Positions 26,455 through 40,328 of a stretch of 64,000 nucleotides of DNA are shown here, piece after piece. The notes under the pieces are model-generated. The model made no database searches and was not told the DNA's origin. It worked only from the letters and a program-made list of their open reading frames with translations. Position numbers and translations under genes: made by a program. Within the stretch, counting starts at the first letter, position 1. Every line of letters starts with the position of its first letter. Origin of the DNA: Octopus vulgaris (taxonomy: Eukaryota). The stretch covers positions 57,970,001-58,034,000 of the forward strand of contig OX597832.1 of NCBI GenBank assembly GCA_951406725.2. Reading direction: 5' to 3'.

Positions 26455-27749
26455 TCTATATATACACATAAATATATATATATGTATATATATATACATA
26501 AATATAAATATATATGTATATATACACATAAATATATATATATATATATATACACATAAATGTATATATATATATATATATACACACATAAATATACATA
26601 TATGTATATATAGATAAATACATACACTATATATATATATACATACAGATTTATATGTAGTCACACATACATATATATATATATATATATACACATGCAT
26701 ATATACAGATATACATATATATATACACATGCATATATACAGATATATATATATATACACATGCATATATACAGAATATATATATATATATATACACATG
26801 CATATATACAGATATACATATATATATATACACATGCATATATACAGATATACATATATATATATACACATGCATATATACAGATATATATATATATATA
26901 TACACATGCATATATACAGATATATATATACACATGCATATATACAGATATATATATACATATGCATATATACAGATATATATATATATACACATGCATA
27001 TATACAGATATATATATATATACACATGCATATATACAGATATATATATACACATGCATATATACAGATATATATATACACATGCATATATACAGATATA
27101 TATATATACACATGCATATATACAGATATATATATACACATGCATATATACAGATATATATATACACATGCATATATACAGATATATATATACACATGCA
27201 TATATACAGATATATATATACACATGCATATATACAGATATATATATACACATGCATATATACATATATATATATATACACATGCATATATACAGATATA
27301 TATATACACATACATATATACAGATATATATATACACATGCATATATACAGATATATAAATACACATGCATATATACAGATATATAAATACACATGCATA
27401 TATACAGATATATATATACACATGCATATATACAGATATATATATATATATATATATACACATACATATATATCGATATATACACAAATATATATAGATC
27501 TATATACATACACATATATATATATACACATACACACACATACATATATATCGATATATACACAAATATATATAGATCTATATACATACATATATATATA
27601 TATAGATATATATACATACATATATATATATATTATACATACATATATATATATAGATATATATACATACATATATATATATAGATATATATACATACAT
27701 ATATATATATATAGATATGTATACATACATATATATATATATATATATT

Positions 27750-27808
<59 letters not shown>

Positions 27809-28022
27809 AATATGTTATACATACATATATAGATAGATATGTATACATACATATATATATAGATATGTATACATACATACATATAGATATGTATACATAC
27901 ATATATATATATATATATATAGATATGTTTCCATACATATATATATATATATATATAGATGTTTACATACATATATATATATTGATATGTTTCCACACAC
28001 ACACACATATATATAGATATGT

Positions 28023-28092
<70 letters not shown>

Positions 28093-28780
28093 GTATACAT
28101 ACATATAGATATATATGCATAGATATACATACATATAGATATATATACACATACAGATATATATATACATATATATATACACATAAATAAATATACATAT
28201 ATATATATAAATTCACATATATACACACATACACATGCACATACATACACATATATGTATATTTATATATATACACATATGATATAATGTATATATGGTA
28301 CAACGTCCGAATATATAAAACTAGTGACTAAGGACAAAGTTATATACATTCTTATACATTTACATAAGGAGATGAATATATGAGTGTGTATAGCAGTAGT
28401 AGTGGTAGTAGCCTGCTTTTGTGGTAGTATTTGAAATAAACCGAACTAGTGAGTATGTATATATTCTGTTGCTGGTGTATATTTTTCAGGATATATAGCT
28501 GATGTATTAAGCTTATTCGAGTTGATAAATGAAATAAATAATTATATATATATATATCATATAAATAGATATATATATGTATATATATATATATATATAC
28601 ATACATACATACATACATACATAGATGCATGGTTGTATACATATGCCCAAATGAATACTGAATATATACAAAGAGGTATATCGTTATATATAAATATTTA
28701 TGAATATGTATGTGATACACCCCATCCCCATATATATATTACATGGATGTGAGTGTATACTTTTATATACTTATGTGCTC

Positions 28781-28847
<67 letters not shown>

Positions 28848-29455
28848 AGGTATACATATATGCATTTATATATATATTTATACATACACAAGCATATATA
28901 TATGTATATATGTTTATATGTATGTATGTATGTATACGTATATACATTTATATATATATACATATATACACAAGCATATATATATGTATATATGTTTATA
29001 TGTATGTATGTATACGTATATACATTTATATATATATACATATATACACATAAGGTGGTGCTCCAGCATGGCCACAGTCAAATGACTGAAACAAGTAAAA
29101 GAGTAAAAGAGTATACACACACAATCATATATAAATGTTTATATATATCTGTATGTATACATATTAATATATATATACAAGCATATATATATATATATAT
29201 ATACATACATACATACACACATACACATACATACATATTTGCATGTATGTATGTAATTATAAGGGGTGTATATCTGATAATTTCAAAAATAGCAATATGC
29301 GTGGGGCTAATACATAGGAATCTATGATATTATTCATTGTTGCAAGAGTGTAAATACTCTGAACTATATATACATTTATTTATGCCTGTATATCAATGTA
29401 TGTATGATTTGTTGTATGTATTCATATACAAGTATGCATATTCATATATACATAC

Positions 29456-29524
<69 letters not shown>

Positions 29525-29822
29525 TATATATGCGTATATTTCAGCATGTATTATGTATGCATGCATTGATAATACGCAATAAGATATAGATATGTATATA
29601 TATATATATCTCATATATACATATGTGAATATATATATATACATACATGGATATATATAATAGTTATGTATGCATACATAGACGTATATGTATGCTTGTA
29701 TACATATATGTATATATCTATATATATATATGTGCATTTATATATATATAAGTATATACATGTATCTATGTATATGCATATATATATATAAGTATATACA
29801 AGTATCTATGTATACGCACATG

Positions 29823-29885
<63 letters not shown>

Positions 29886-30392
29886 TGGGAGAGAGAAAGC
29901 GTGTGTGAGAGAGAGGTCCATGCATATTTGCGTTTATAAATATGTGTGTGTGTATGTATATATATATATATGTATGTATGTATGCATCAGATGTGTGTAT
30001 GCATGTATGATATGTATATAGATATGTATGTATGTGCGTATATGTGTGTATGTATTATAAGATTGAATATATTAGTGAGCTGGCCTAGATGTCTTGTATT
30101 GATTAGGTCGGCCCCTTCCCAGTGGGGGCTGAAATCCCAACAGTATCGACTTTACATTTCATCTTACCCTGATATTATTTGACCCCGAATCTATCGAAAT
30201 GAAAATCAAATTAAGGTCTTTTTCAATGTATAACTAATTTGCTAAGGGAGCGTATTAGAAATGTAGGTTTGTATGTACACACAAAGAAATGGTCACACAC
30301 ACACGCATGGGCACACACACACATATTTGTATAAATATATAGACTCATATATACACACACATTCATATACAGAAACATATATATATACATAT
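25761..30392 (+). repeat. Copy 2 of the ~4.5 kb duplication
   Basis: Differs from 21124-25660 mainly in microsatellite lengths and a few substitutions. Confidence 0.92.
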
Positions 30393-30539
30393 ACACACAC
30401 GCATTCATACACAGACACATATATATATATATATACACACGCACACATTCATACACAGACACACATAAATACACATACACATTCATACACAGACACACAC
30501 ACACACACACATACACATTCATACACAGACACACACACA

Positions 30540-30800
<261 letters not shown>

Positions 30801-31041
30801 CGATGCATGTTTATGCGTCGATACGTGTATGCAGATATCTATCTATCTATCTATCAATTCCCATCATATCTTACATACACACAGAAACACACACATACAC
30901 TCACACACACATACATACGTGCCGTGATTATCTTGAGTTTAGTTTTTGCTGCTATTTCATGCATATCGATCGGTCATGCAGAAGTCCCAACACTTCACCA
31001 TTATATATGTCTGTGTGGGTCGATGGTCAGACATTGCAATG

Positions 31042-31078
<37 letters not shown>

Positions 31079-31160
31079 CATACACACATATATATATATA
31101 CGTATAGATACATATATACATGTGCAGATATACATCAATACATTTTGTTTGTTTTTTTTT

Positions 31161-31373
31161 GTTTTTCCAGTTTCAGCTCTTGAGCTGTGGCCATGCTGGG
31201 GCACCGCCATTGTGGTGAAAGAGTACAGCAGGGATCACCACCCCCTGCCGGAGCCTCGTAGAGCTTTTTAGGTGTTTTCGCTCAATAAACACACACAACG
31301 CCCGGTCTGAGAATCGAAACCGCAATCCTGCGACCGCGAGTCCGCTGCCCTAACCACTAGGCCATTGCGCCTC
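31161..31373 (-). mobile_element. Short tRNA(Arg)-like SINE with LINE-type tail
   Basis: Minus strand gaggcgcaatggcctagtggttagggcagcggacTCGcggtcgc...ggtttcgattc, a short CORE-like block, and tail ggcggtgccccagcatggccacagctcaagagctgaaac. Resembles described octopus tRNA-Arg SINEs; exact family name not verified. Confidence 0.8.
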
Positions 31374-31377
31374 TACG

Positions 31378-31409
<32 letters not shown>

Positions 31410-32299
31410 CAAATTTAGAAATGCAATGATATATGGTGTTGTATAATTATAAAGTGAGAGAGTGTTATGAAATTCTGGGATACATGCTTGTGTGGAAGTG
31501 TTTGGGTTACATACGTCTCGGAAGGGTGTAAATCAAAGGTTAAATTATGGGGTGTCGATAATATTTGATAGGACAGGTAGAACTTTAATTACATATAACA
31601 TCGATGTGTGTGAGTGTCTAGGTGTGTGTGTGCGCGTGTGTGTGCACTTGTGTGAGTGTGTGTGAGTGTGGATGTGATACGAAAGCAGAGGTTACACATT
31701 CACTTATAAATGCACACACACACACACACACACATACAAATATGTATGCGTGTGTATGTATGTATGTATATATTTTTATTCTTTTATTTGTCTCAATCAT
31801 TTGACTGCGGTCATACTGGAGCACTATCATGTATACACAGTTGAAAATACATATATATGCACACATGGACGTAAGTAGATACACAGACACATACACATAT
31901 ATATATACACAAATGTATAGACACATACACACACATATATATATATACATATGTATACACACAAACACACATATATATATACATACATATGTATACACAC
32001 AAACATACACACACATATACACAAATGTATACACACATACACATATATACACACATACATATATATACACATATATACATACATATGTATAAACACACAC
32101 ACACATATACATACATATGTATAAATACACACACACACATATATATAAACACACAAACACACATATATATAAACACACACACACACACACGTTGCGCGTG
32201 TGAGTGTGAGTGTGCGAGTGCGCGCGTGTGCGTGTCCGTGGGCGAGTGCGCGCGTGTCTGTTATAACGAGCTCAGTCAGGTTCGAATATTCCTGCAAAT

Positions 32300-32440
32300 T
32301 TCCAAAGGGCAAGTTTATTTCTATGGAAGACCAACAGTTGGTCATGCAACACATAGAACTTCCCCCGCTCCACGGCATCGCCCTGTTTGTCCAATGGAAG
32401 CTAAAGGACCAATACGGTCCAAGAACAGAGAATGTCGTCG
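32300..32440 (-). mobile_element. Diverged 3' part of SINE family C
   Basis: gggcaagtttatttctatggaagaccaacag...ttgtccaatggaag is the reverse complement of about 245-355. Confidence 0.7.
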
Positions 32441-32539
32441 CTTATTGAACTGAATGTAAAAGAGCCGGAAAGATGCCTCGAAAGCATTTTTATTCAACGC
32501 TCAAAGGGTTCTGTCAGCCTATCGCACTTCGTTGGAATT

Positions 32540-32660
32540 TTAGTTTATCGCCAGCGGAGAGATGAAAGGCAAAATTGACCTCGGTGCGGTTCGAACTCAA
32601 AGTTAAAAGCCGGAACAAATAAGGCAAAGCATTTTGTTCAACGCTCTAACGAGCCGGCTA
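32540..32660 (-). mobile_element. Diverged SINE family B fragment
   Basis: gatgaaaggcaaaattgacctcggtgcggttcgaactc. Confidence 0.6.
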
Positions 32661-32716
32661 ATTTACAGATTTCTTTATATATATTTATATATATGTACAT
32701 ACACACACACACACAA

Positions 32717-32752
<36 letters not shown>

Positions 32753-32771
32753 GAAGATATATGTGTGTGTA

Positions 32772-32830
<59 letters not shown>

Positions 32831-33163
32831 CATACGTGCATAATCATGCATATGTACTTACATATACATGCATACATACACACACATACATAAACATATA
32901 TATATATGTGTATATATAAGTGTGTGTGTGTATAAATATACATATAAACATCTAAACACACTAATCTAATTAAGCGTATTTGGCTACATTTATTATTATT
33001 ATTATATATACATACATATACATACACCCTGTGTGTGCGTATCTGTGTATATCTGTTCTTTTGTTCGTTTCAGTCATGTGACTGCGGCCATGCTGGAGCA
33101 CCGCCTTATATATATTATTCAATATATTGAGAGAATAACTACAGATATATACATGCATGTATG

Positions 33164-33199
<36 letters not shown>

Positions 33200-33307
33200 T
33201 GTATGTATGTATATATATATATATATATACACATCAATCTATCTATCTATTTCTCTCTACATGTATATATATACACATCAATCTATCTATCTATTTCTCT
33301 CTACATG

Positions 33308-33350
<43 letters not shown>

Positions 33351-33678
33351 TTTTTATTTTATGTTTCAGCCTTGAGGATTCGACCATGCTAATGAATGTA
33401 CATCCGTAGGCCTATATAAGCAAAACTTTATACACACACGCATCACGATAAATAGAAAGTTATCCACTCATATATCATACGCAGACTCGACGTATATATA
33501 TATACGCCGATGGATTCATGTATGTAGGAATATGAATAGTTTTGGAAGGATTTCTATGGATACTGATAAATAAACAAATGTCAACTCTGTTTCAATTACT
33601 GTGTGTATATAAGTCTATACATTTTAGTACCAAACGAATCCATATGGACGACTAACATAACACTAATTTCTGTATGTT

Positions 33679-33725
<47 letters not shown>

Positions 33726-34302
33726 CACACTATCCTCTGTATTTACGGTGAATGAATTTAGTATGTGATTGTGTTGTACAGTTGGCTAACTATTTCCTTA
33801 AGTGAGTCCAGATTGAAAAACATAATTGTAGTCGTATGTATATATACACACACAGCTCTATCATAGAGTTTACATATCTACCTGTATGTATGTATGTATG
33901 TATGACCGTATATATATATATATATGTGTGTGTGCATATATGTGTGTGTACATTTATATATAAATCTATATTTATATAATTAATATATACTTCGTATATA
34001 GCTCTATATATTGCTATAATTTATTTAGTTTTATATAAACGTATGCCTCTATACGTACACACATATATATATATATGAAATCTAAATTCTTAAACACAAA
34101 TATATACATCATGTGTGTGTGTGTGGGTGTGGTTGTGTGTGTATACAAAATATTTGCATTTATGTATGTTGATTGACAAGTCAGTTATTATGCACCCGTA
34201 TCAACAGCGAGTGTATAGCTATCCACTCTTCATGTGGGTTGTTATACAGAGAGGCATTAAATATTAGTCAGTATATGTAATGTATACAGAATATTACAAT
34301 CA

Positions 34303-34350
<48 letters not shown>

Positions 34351-35368
34351 CGAAATACATAACCATTCATGTACGTGTACACTATATATATTTACACGTA
34401 TGTATGTATATATACATAGACACACATAAACACACACCTTACTATGATGGATTGTTTGTAAGTGGGTGTGTATACTCTATAACCACTTATTTTTCTGTAA
34501 GTATGTGTGGCCATATACAAATATATGTTGCTACCTACATTCTTGGACAATGGATATATATCTCTCTCTCTCTATATATATATATACACACACACATATA
34601 TATATGTACATACATATATTTGATATATATATATGATATATATATGTATATATATATATGTATATCATATATGATATATACACACATGATATACATATCT
34701 TTATGTGATATACACACATACATATACACATAATATACACATACATATGATATACATATATATATATATATGATATACACACATGCACATATATATAAAA
34801 ATATATATATATATGATATACATAATATATAATATACATACATATGCACACATGAATATATACACACACATATACATATATACATATACACATACATACA
34901 GATAAATAGATAGATAGATACACACGCGCGCACACACACACGCACACGTTTGGCGTAAGCGTATATAAAGCTCTATACATTCACATATATACGTGAAAAT
35001 ATGCGTATAGCAATATATCTCCGTACGTATAAATGATACTGCTATACGTAATTATCTCGTTACGCAATTTTAAACAATTGTTCTCGAATGTATATGCAAC
35101 TTGTAAGTATACACCCGTATCTATACATCAGCGCGTATCTACACCTTTGGTGTCCGTTTTGTTCAAGATGCTTGACCACAGGTCAGTTCAGATCTGAAAG
35201 ACGTATGTTCAAAGAGTTCCACATGCGACCACCTCATCGAGTTTTCTGTCATAGTTTATCTAGGTGTATATTGCATATTGTAATTATTGAGATGTAAGAG
35301 TGTGACGCAGTTTGGAGTAGGGGTCATAATGAAAGCCTTGTTCTCGTACGTGTGTGCCTTTGTTTAAA

Positions 35369-35591
35369 CACGAGGGGAGCTGAAAGGCTCCTAGCTCTGC
35401 CTAAAAGAAAATACAGGAGGATCAGTTAATTATGATTTTATTCAACGTATTCCCCCTCTCAGATTCACACACTTATTGCAACAGCACTTCAGTTTTTCTA
35501 AGCCCTGTAAAAGATCTCAGAAGATAGTGCCTCCAGCCAGGCTTTTTGCGATACCCTTTAGACTAGAAACTTCTTCAGTCCCCACCTCATA
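35369..35591. mobile_element. Tc1/mariner-like MITE (~220 bp)
   Basis: Imperfect TIRs: cgaggggagctgaaaggctcctagct and agactagaaacttcttcagtccccacctca, the latter ending at TA. Resemble TACGAGGG-type mariner termini. Confidence 0.6.
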
Positions 35592-35671
35592 CATAGACAC
35601 ATCCCGCTATAGTTTTATATGAATATACATTAGTGGGTGTGCATATATATATATAATATACATACATGCAT

Positions 35672-36050
35672 GGCGTAGGAGTGGCTGTGTGGTAAGTAGC
35701 TTGCTTACGAGCCACATGGTTCTGGGTTCAGTCCCACCGCGTGGCACCTTGGGTAAGTGTTTTCTACTATAGCCTTGTGAGTGGATTTGGTAGACGGAAA
35801 CTGAAATAAGCCCGTTGTATATATGTATGTTTGTGTACATGTTTGTGTGTCTGTATTTGTCCACCCCACCAACATCGTTTGACAACCGATGCTGGTGTGT
35901 TTACGTCCCCGTAAGTTAGCGGTTCGGCAAAAAGAGACCGATAGAATAAGTACTAGGCTTACAAAAAATAAGTCCTGGGGTCGATTTGCTCGACTAAAGG
36001 CAGTGCTCCAGTATGGCCACAGTTACATGACTGAAACAAGTAAAAGAGTA
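35672..36050 (+). mobile_element. SINE family A
   Basis: Match to 5056-5463. Confidence 0.92.
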
Positions 36051-36187
36051 TACATATATAGATAAAAGTTTTTATACACATATGTTGAAATAGACCTAAA
36101 GGCATGTATATATACATTTATGTGTTACAAGTTTTTGCTTTATATATCTGTGGGTGTGTGTCTGTGTGTCCATATATATATGTATAC

Positions 36188-36225
<38 letters not shown>

Positions 36226-36394
36226 TTATATATTAACAGATAGCTGTATGTATGTATGTATGTATGTGTCTATCTATCTACAAACACACATATATGCATA
36301 CATGCATACACGTACACCTGTATGTATATTTTATTTAATCTACAGAAGTTACAAAATTATTCCAGCGCAAAAACGTTTCATGCATTGGCACAGG

Positions 36395-36509
36395 GCCTTT
36401 CGAAACTCATAGCGATGAACGAAGCTCTAGGCCCTTGAGTCACAGAGTGAGCCTTTCGAAACTCGTATCGATGAACGAAACTCTAGGCCCTTGCCTCACT
36501 CTGTGACTC
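36395..36509. repeat. 43-bp direct repeat pair with a 15-bp perfect inverted repeat bracketing the second unit
   Basis: Units at 36395-36437 and 36451-36493; gagtcacagagtgag / ctcactctgtgactc. Confidence 0.85.
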
Positions 36510-36607
36510 CTTCCGATTAAAGAAAAAGGTTTAAAAACTCAAGTTTTGGGTCCTATTTTCTTGTTTGTATTACCAAACCCGATCGGAAAAGGAAAATACT
36601 TAATACA

Positions 36608-36772
36608 GGCGCTGGAGTGGCTGTGAGGTAAGTAGCTTGCTTCACAACCCCATGGTGGTTCCGGGTTCAGTCCCACTGCGTGGCACCTCATGCAAGTGTC
36701 TTCTACTATAGCCTCGGGCCAATCAGAGCTTTGTGAGTGGATTTGGTAAACGGAAACTGAAAGAAGCCCGAC

Positions 36773-36840
<68 letters not shown>

Positions 36841-37030
36841 TTGTGTCTGTGTTTGTCCACCCCCCCACTACCGTCGCTTGACAACCGATGCTGGTTTATG
36901 TCCCCGTAATCTAGCTGTTCGGCAAAAAGAGACCGACAGAATAGGTACTAGCCTTACAAAGAATAAGCCCAGCTGTCAATTTGTTCGACTAAATGTTGTG
37001 CTACAGCATGGGCGCAGTTAAAGAATAAAA
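36608..37030 (+). mobile_element. SINE family A
   Basis: Match to 5056-5463. Confidence 0.9.
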
Positions 37031-37096
37031 CAATATACCCCCTCCACTCATTTCGATCGTCAGAAAAATGCTTTCACGTGACCAGTGATATGTTAC

Positions 37097-37512
37097 CTTT
37101 TATTCTTTCACCTGGTTCAGTCATTTGACCGCGGCCATGCTGGAGCACCGCCTTTAGTCAAACGAATCAACACTAGGAGTTGTTGTCTGTAAGCCTAGTT
37201 AGTACTTATTCTATCGGTCTCATACTTCCAAACCGCTAAATTACAGGGACGTAAACACTCCAGCATCGGTTGTCAAGCGATGGTGGTGGGACAAACACAG
37301 ATACACAAACATTCGCACATACACTCGCACATACACACACATTTATAAATTACGGGCTTCTTTCAGTTTCTGTCTATCAAATCCACTCACAAGACTTTGG
37401 TCGACCCGAGGCAATAATAGAAGACACCTGCTCAAGGTGCAACGCAGTGGGACTGAACTTTGGAACCATGTGGTTGTTAAGCAAGAACTTACCACACAGC
37501 TACTCTTGCGCC
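37097..37512 (-). mobile_element. SINE family A, inverted relative to 36608-37030
   Basis: Reverse-complement match, full length. Confidence 0.9.
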
Positions 37513-37533
37513 TACAGCGACTCCTATTATATA

Positions 37534-37574
<41 letters not shown>

Positions 37575-37576
<2 letters not shown>

Positions 37577-37735
37577 CGGGAAGGTTTACGAAAATAAACA
37601 AAAGACGAATGCAGGTGGAGTACAAACAAACAAATGTATTAGTATAGCGCTCAGGAATAGAAATAGAAATAGAAAAAGTCTTTTACGTTTCGAGCCTACG
37701 CTCTTCGACAGAAAGATACACAGAAAAAAAACAAG
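37575..37735 (-). mobile_element. Hammerhead-bearing short element, family D (motif at 37679-37716)
   Basis: Minus strand tcttt-CTGTCGA-A-GAGC gtag GCTC-GAAAC-GTA-aaaga, followed by a tail into (TA)n. Confidence 0.7.
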
Positions 37736-38279
37736 GAAAGAAACAAGGAGAAAAATAAAGGAGAGAAAAAAAGGAGAGAAAAAAGGAGAGAAAAATGGGA
37801 ATATGTGTGTGTGTGTGTGTGTGTGTTTGTCTGTGTCTGTATATGACAGGGAAAAACACATTTGACTGCGGCCATGCCTCTGTGAAAAATTAAGATGCTA
37901 GCTCTCTGCAAGAACATTTTTCATTATCTTTTCTTTTTTATGAAAAATCACCTGCTGCTTAAACTCCAGATTTCCCTTTACAAGGCAACAAAATTGTCTG
38001 AAGATTAAAGCAAGGGCTGGACTCAGACAGGATCTAAAGGACCGGTTCCCATTTCACGGCCCCCGGTAAATGGTAGAGTTGACCTTGGCAGGACGCGAAC
38101 CCAGAGGGTAAGGGAGAGCGACACATATGGGAAAAGAAGTTTGTATATAGGCTTAACGCTTCAGCTAACAATACACATGATTCTGCATGTGCATACACAC
38201 ATGTCCCAACACCCAATACATATATATTAATAGGCAGCACTATACCTGACTGAAGGAATTAATATTCTACGCATGGGAC

Positions 38280-38354
<75 letters not shown>

Positions 38355-38512
38355 ATTGTTGTGTCTAGGGAGGTTCATTATGCCAATAAAAATTAAAATA
38401 TCAAATAAACACACGCACTGGTTCAGTACCGCTTCTTTATTTTACCAAGTAACTATTAAATTATTTATTTAATGTGATGATTTAACAGGCACACGCATAC
38501 ACACACAAATAT

Positions 38513-38744
38513 ATTCTTTTATTCTTTTGTTTCAGTAATTTGACTGCCACCACGCTGGAGCACTGCCTTTAGTCGAACAATTCGACCCCAAGACTTACTC
38601 TTTGTAAGCCTAGTACTTATTCTATCGGTCCATTTGGCCGACCGCAAGATAACGGGGACGTAAACACATCAACATCGGTTGTTTAGTGATAGTGGGGGAC
38701 AAACACAGACACACAAATAATACACACACGCACATGACACACAC

Positions 38745-38780
<36 letters not shown>

Positions 38781-38931
38781 ACGGGCTTCTTTCAGTTTCT
38801 GTCAGCCAGATCCACTCACAAGGCTTCGGTTGGCTCGAGGCTATAGTAGAAGACACTCGACCAAGGTGCCACGCTGTGGAACTGAACCCGGAACCATGTA
38901 GTTGGGGAGCAAGCTTCTTACCGCACAGCCA
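38513..38931 (-). mobile_element. SINE family A
   Basis: Reverse-complement match to 5056-5463. Confidence 0.9.
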
Positions 38932-39037
38932 TATATATACCAGAGTAAGCACAAATGTGAAAGAAGGTAGAACAAAATAGTACTCGGAAGTAAAGTAATA
39001 TACTTTATTAATAAAGGCGCAAAAGCATCACAAAACA

Positions 39038-39075
39038 CTGTTACTCATAGTTTCACGTTCCCGTTCATCGGACAG
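39038..39075 (-). ncRNA. Minimal type I hammerhead ribozyme motif
   Basis: ctgt-CCGATGA-acg ggaa cgt-GAAAC-tatga-GTA-acag. Confidence 0.65.
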
Positions 39076-39077
39076 TT

Positions 39078-39115
39078 TTGTCCAACGAACGGGAACGTGA
39101 AACTCTAAGTAACAA
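39078..39115 (+). ncRNA. Minimal hammerhead motif, mirror copy with mutated core
   Basis: ttgt-CCAACGA-acg ggaa cgt-GAAAC-tctaa-GTA-acaa. Confidence 0.5.
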
Positions 39116-39290
39116 TTTTTTGTGAAGTTTTTGAACCTTTAATAATGAAGTATATATATATATATATATATATAATAATAATAATAGTAAAGGGAAAAAT
39201 TAATTAATTAATTAATAATCAATAATTTTACCAAGCAGTTCGGTACGTTAAAAGAACCATTATCGGTAAACTTATACATAAACTTTTTAT

Positions 39291-39437
39291 AATTATGAGT
39301 ATAATTATAATTAGGGTTCAGCAAAAAAAGATTTTCTTATGGTAGTGAAATAGTTAGTTTTAAATGCTATTTTTAAATTTCGGTATGTTGGTGAAGCAAA
39401 TTTTTGCTGAACCCTAATTATAATTATACTCATAATT
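39291..39437. repeat. Perfect 37-bp inverted repeat around a 73-bp spacer
   Basis: aattatgagtataattataattagggttcagcaaaaa (39291-39327) is the exact reverse complement of 39401-39437. Confidence 0.9.
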
Positions 39438-39449
39438 TTAAAAATCTTA

Positions 39450-39494
<45 letters not shown>

Positions 39495-39867
39495 TTATTT
39501 TTGAAATTGGGCTGTGTCCATGTTGGGGCACCACCTTGGAGGGTGTTAGTCAAACCGATCCCTGTACATATTTTCCAGGCTTGGCACTTATTCTATCACT
39601 CTCAATTGCCAGATGGCTAAGATACAGGAATGCAAGCAAACCAACGCCGGTTGGCAACCGGTGGATCAAGCAATACACACACTTAGATATACGCATTTAC
39701 ATGACGAGCTTCCTTCAGTTTCCATAAAAGAAATCCACTGACAATACTTTGTGAGGCCCGGGGCTATAATAAAAAAAACTCTCACCCAAAGTGTCAGGCA
39801 GTAGGAATGAACCCGGAACCATATGGCTAGAATATAAAATTCTAATCACGCAGCAACGACAGCACCT
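39495..39867 (-). mobile_element. Old, diverged SINE family A copy
   Basis: Tail, centre and head motifs are recognisable with many substitutions. Confidence 0.7.
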
Positions 39868-40109
39868 ACACACACACACACAAACACCACATGTATATAT
39901 ATGTATACCCCACTACCTAGTTTATTTAGTACTTATTGTGTATCTTCACTTCAAAAATAAATTGTTTTGGATGTGAAGGTGGCGGAATCTCATCTGGAAC
40001 GAATTTAAAGCCCGGATCAAATCAACTGCAAGCCATTCGAGAATTGGCATGTGAAACTTACACACACACAAATGTATGTATGTGATGTGTGTGTATGTAT
40101 ATAAATATA

Positions 40110-40328
40110 AAGTTAATCCAAACATGAAAACACAAAGAGAAAACACAACAACGCGAGGACGTGGAACAAATATAGTATTATTGGACGCTCAGGAAGGAAA
40201 GGAAGAAGGAGGGTTTTACGTTTCGAGCGGAGCTCTTCGTCAGAAACATAGGAAAAGGAAAGATCCAGAGAAGGGAAGACTGAGGAAAACAAATCGCCAA
40301 CGGTACACACGCGGTCACATTTTGAAGG

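Larger units (their letters stand above)
38999..39153. repeat. ~75-bp-arm palindrome made of two back-to-back hammerhead-bearing units
   Basis: Arms at 38999-39074 and 39079-39153 are imperfect reverse complements. Confidence 0.85.
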
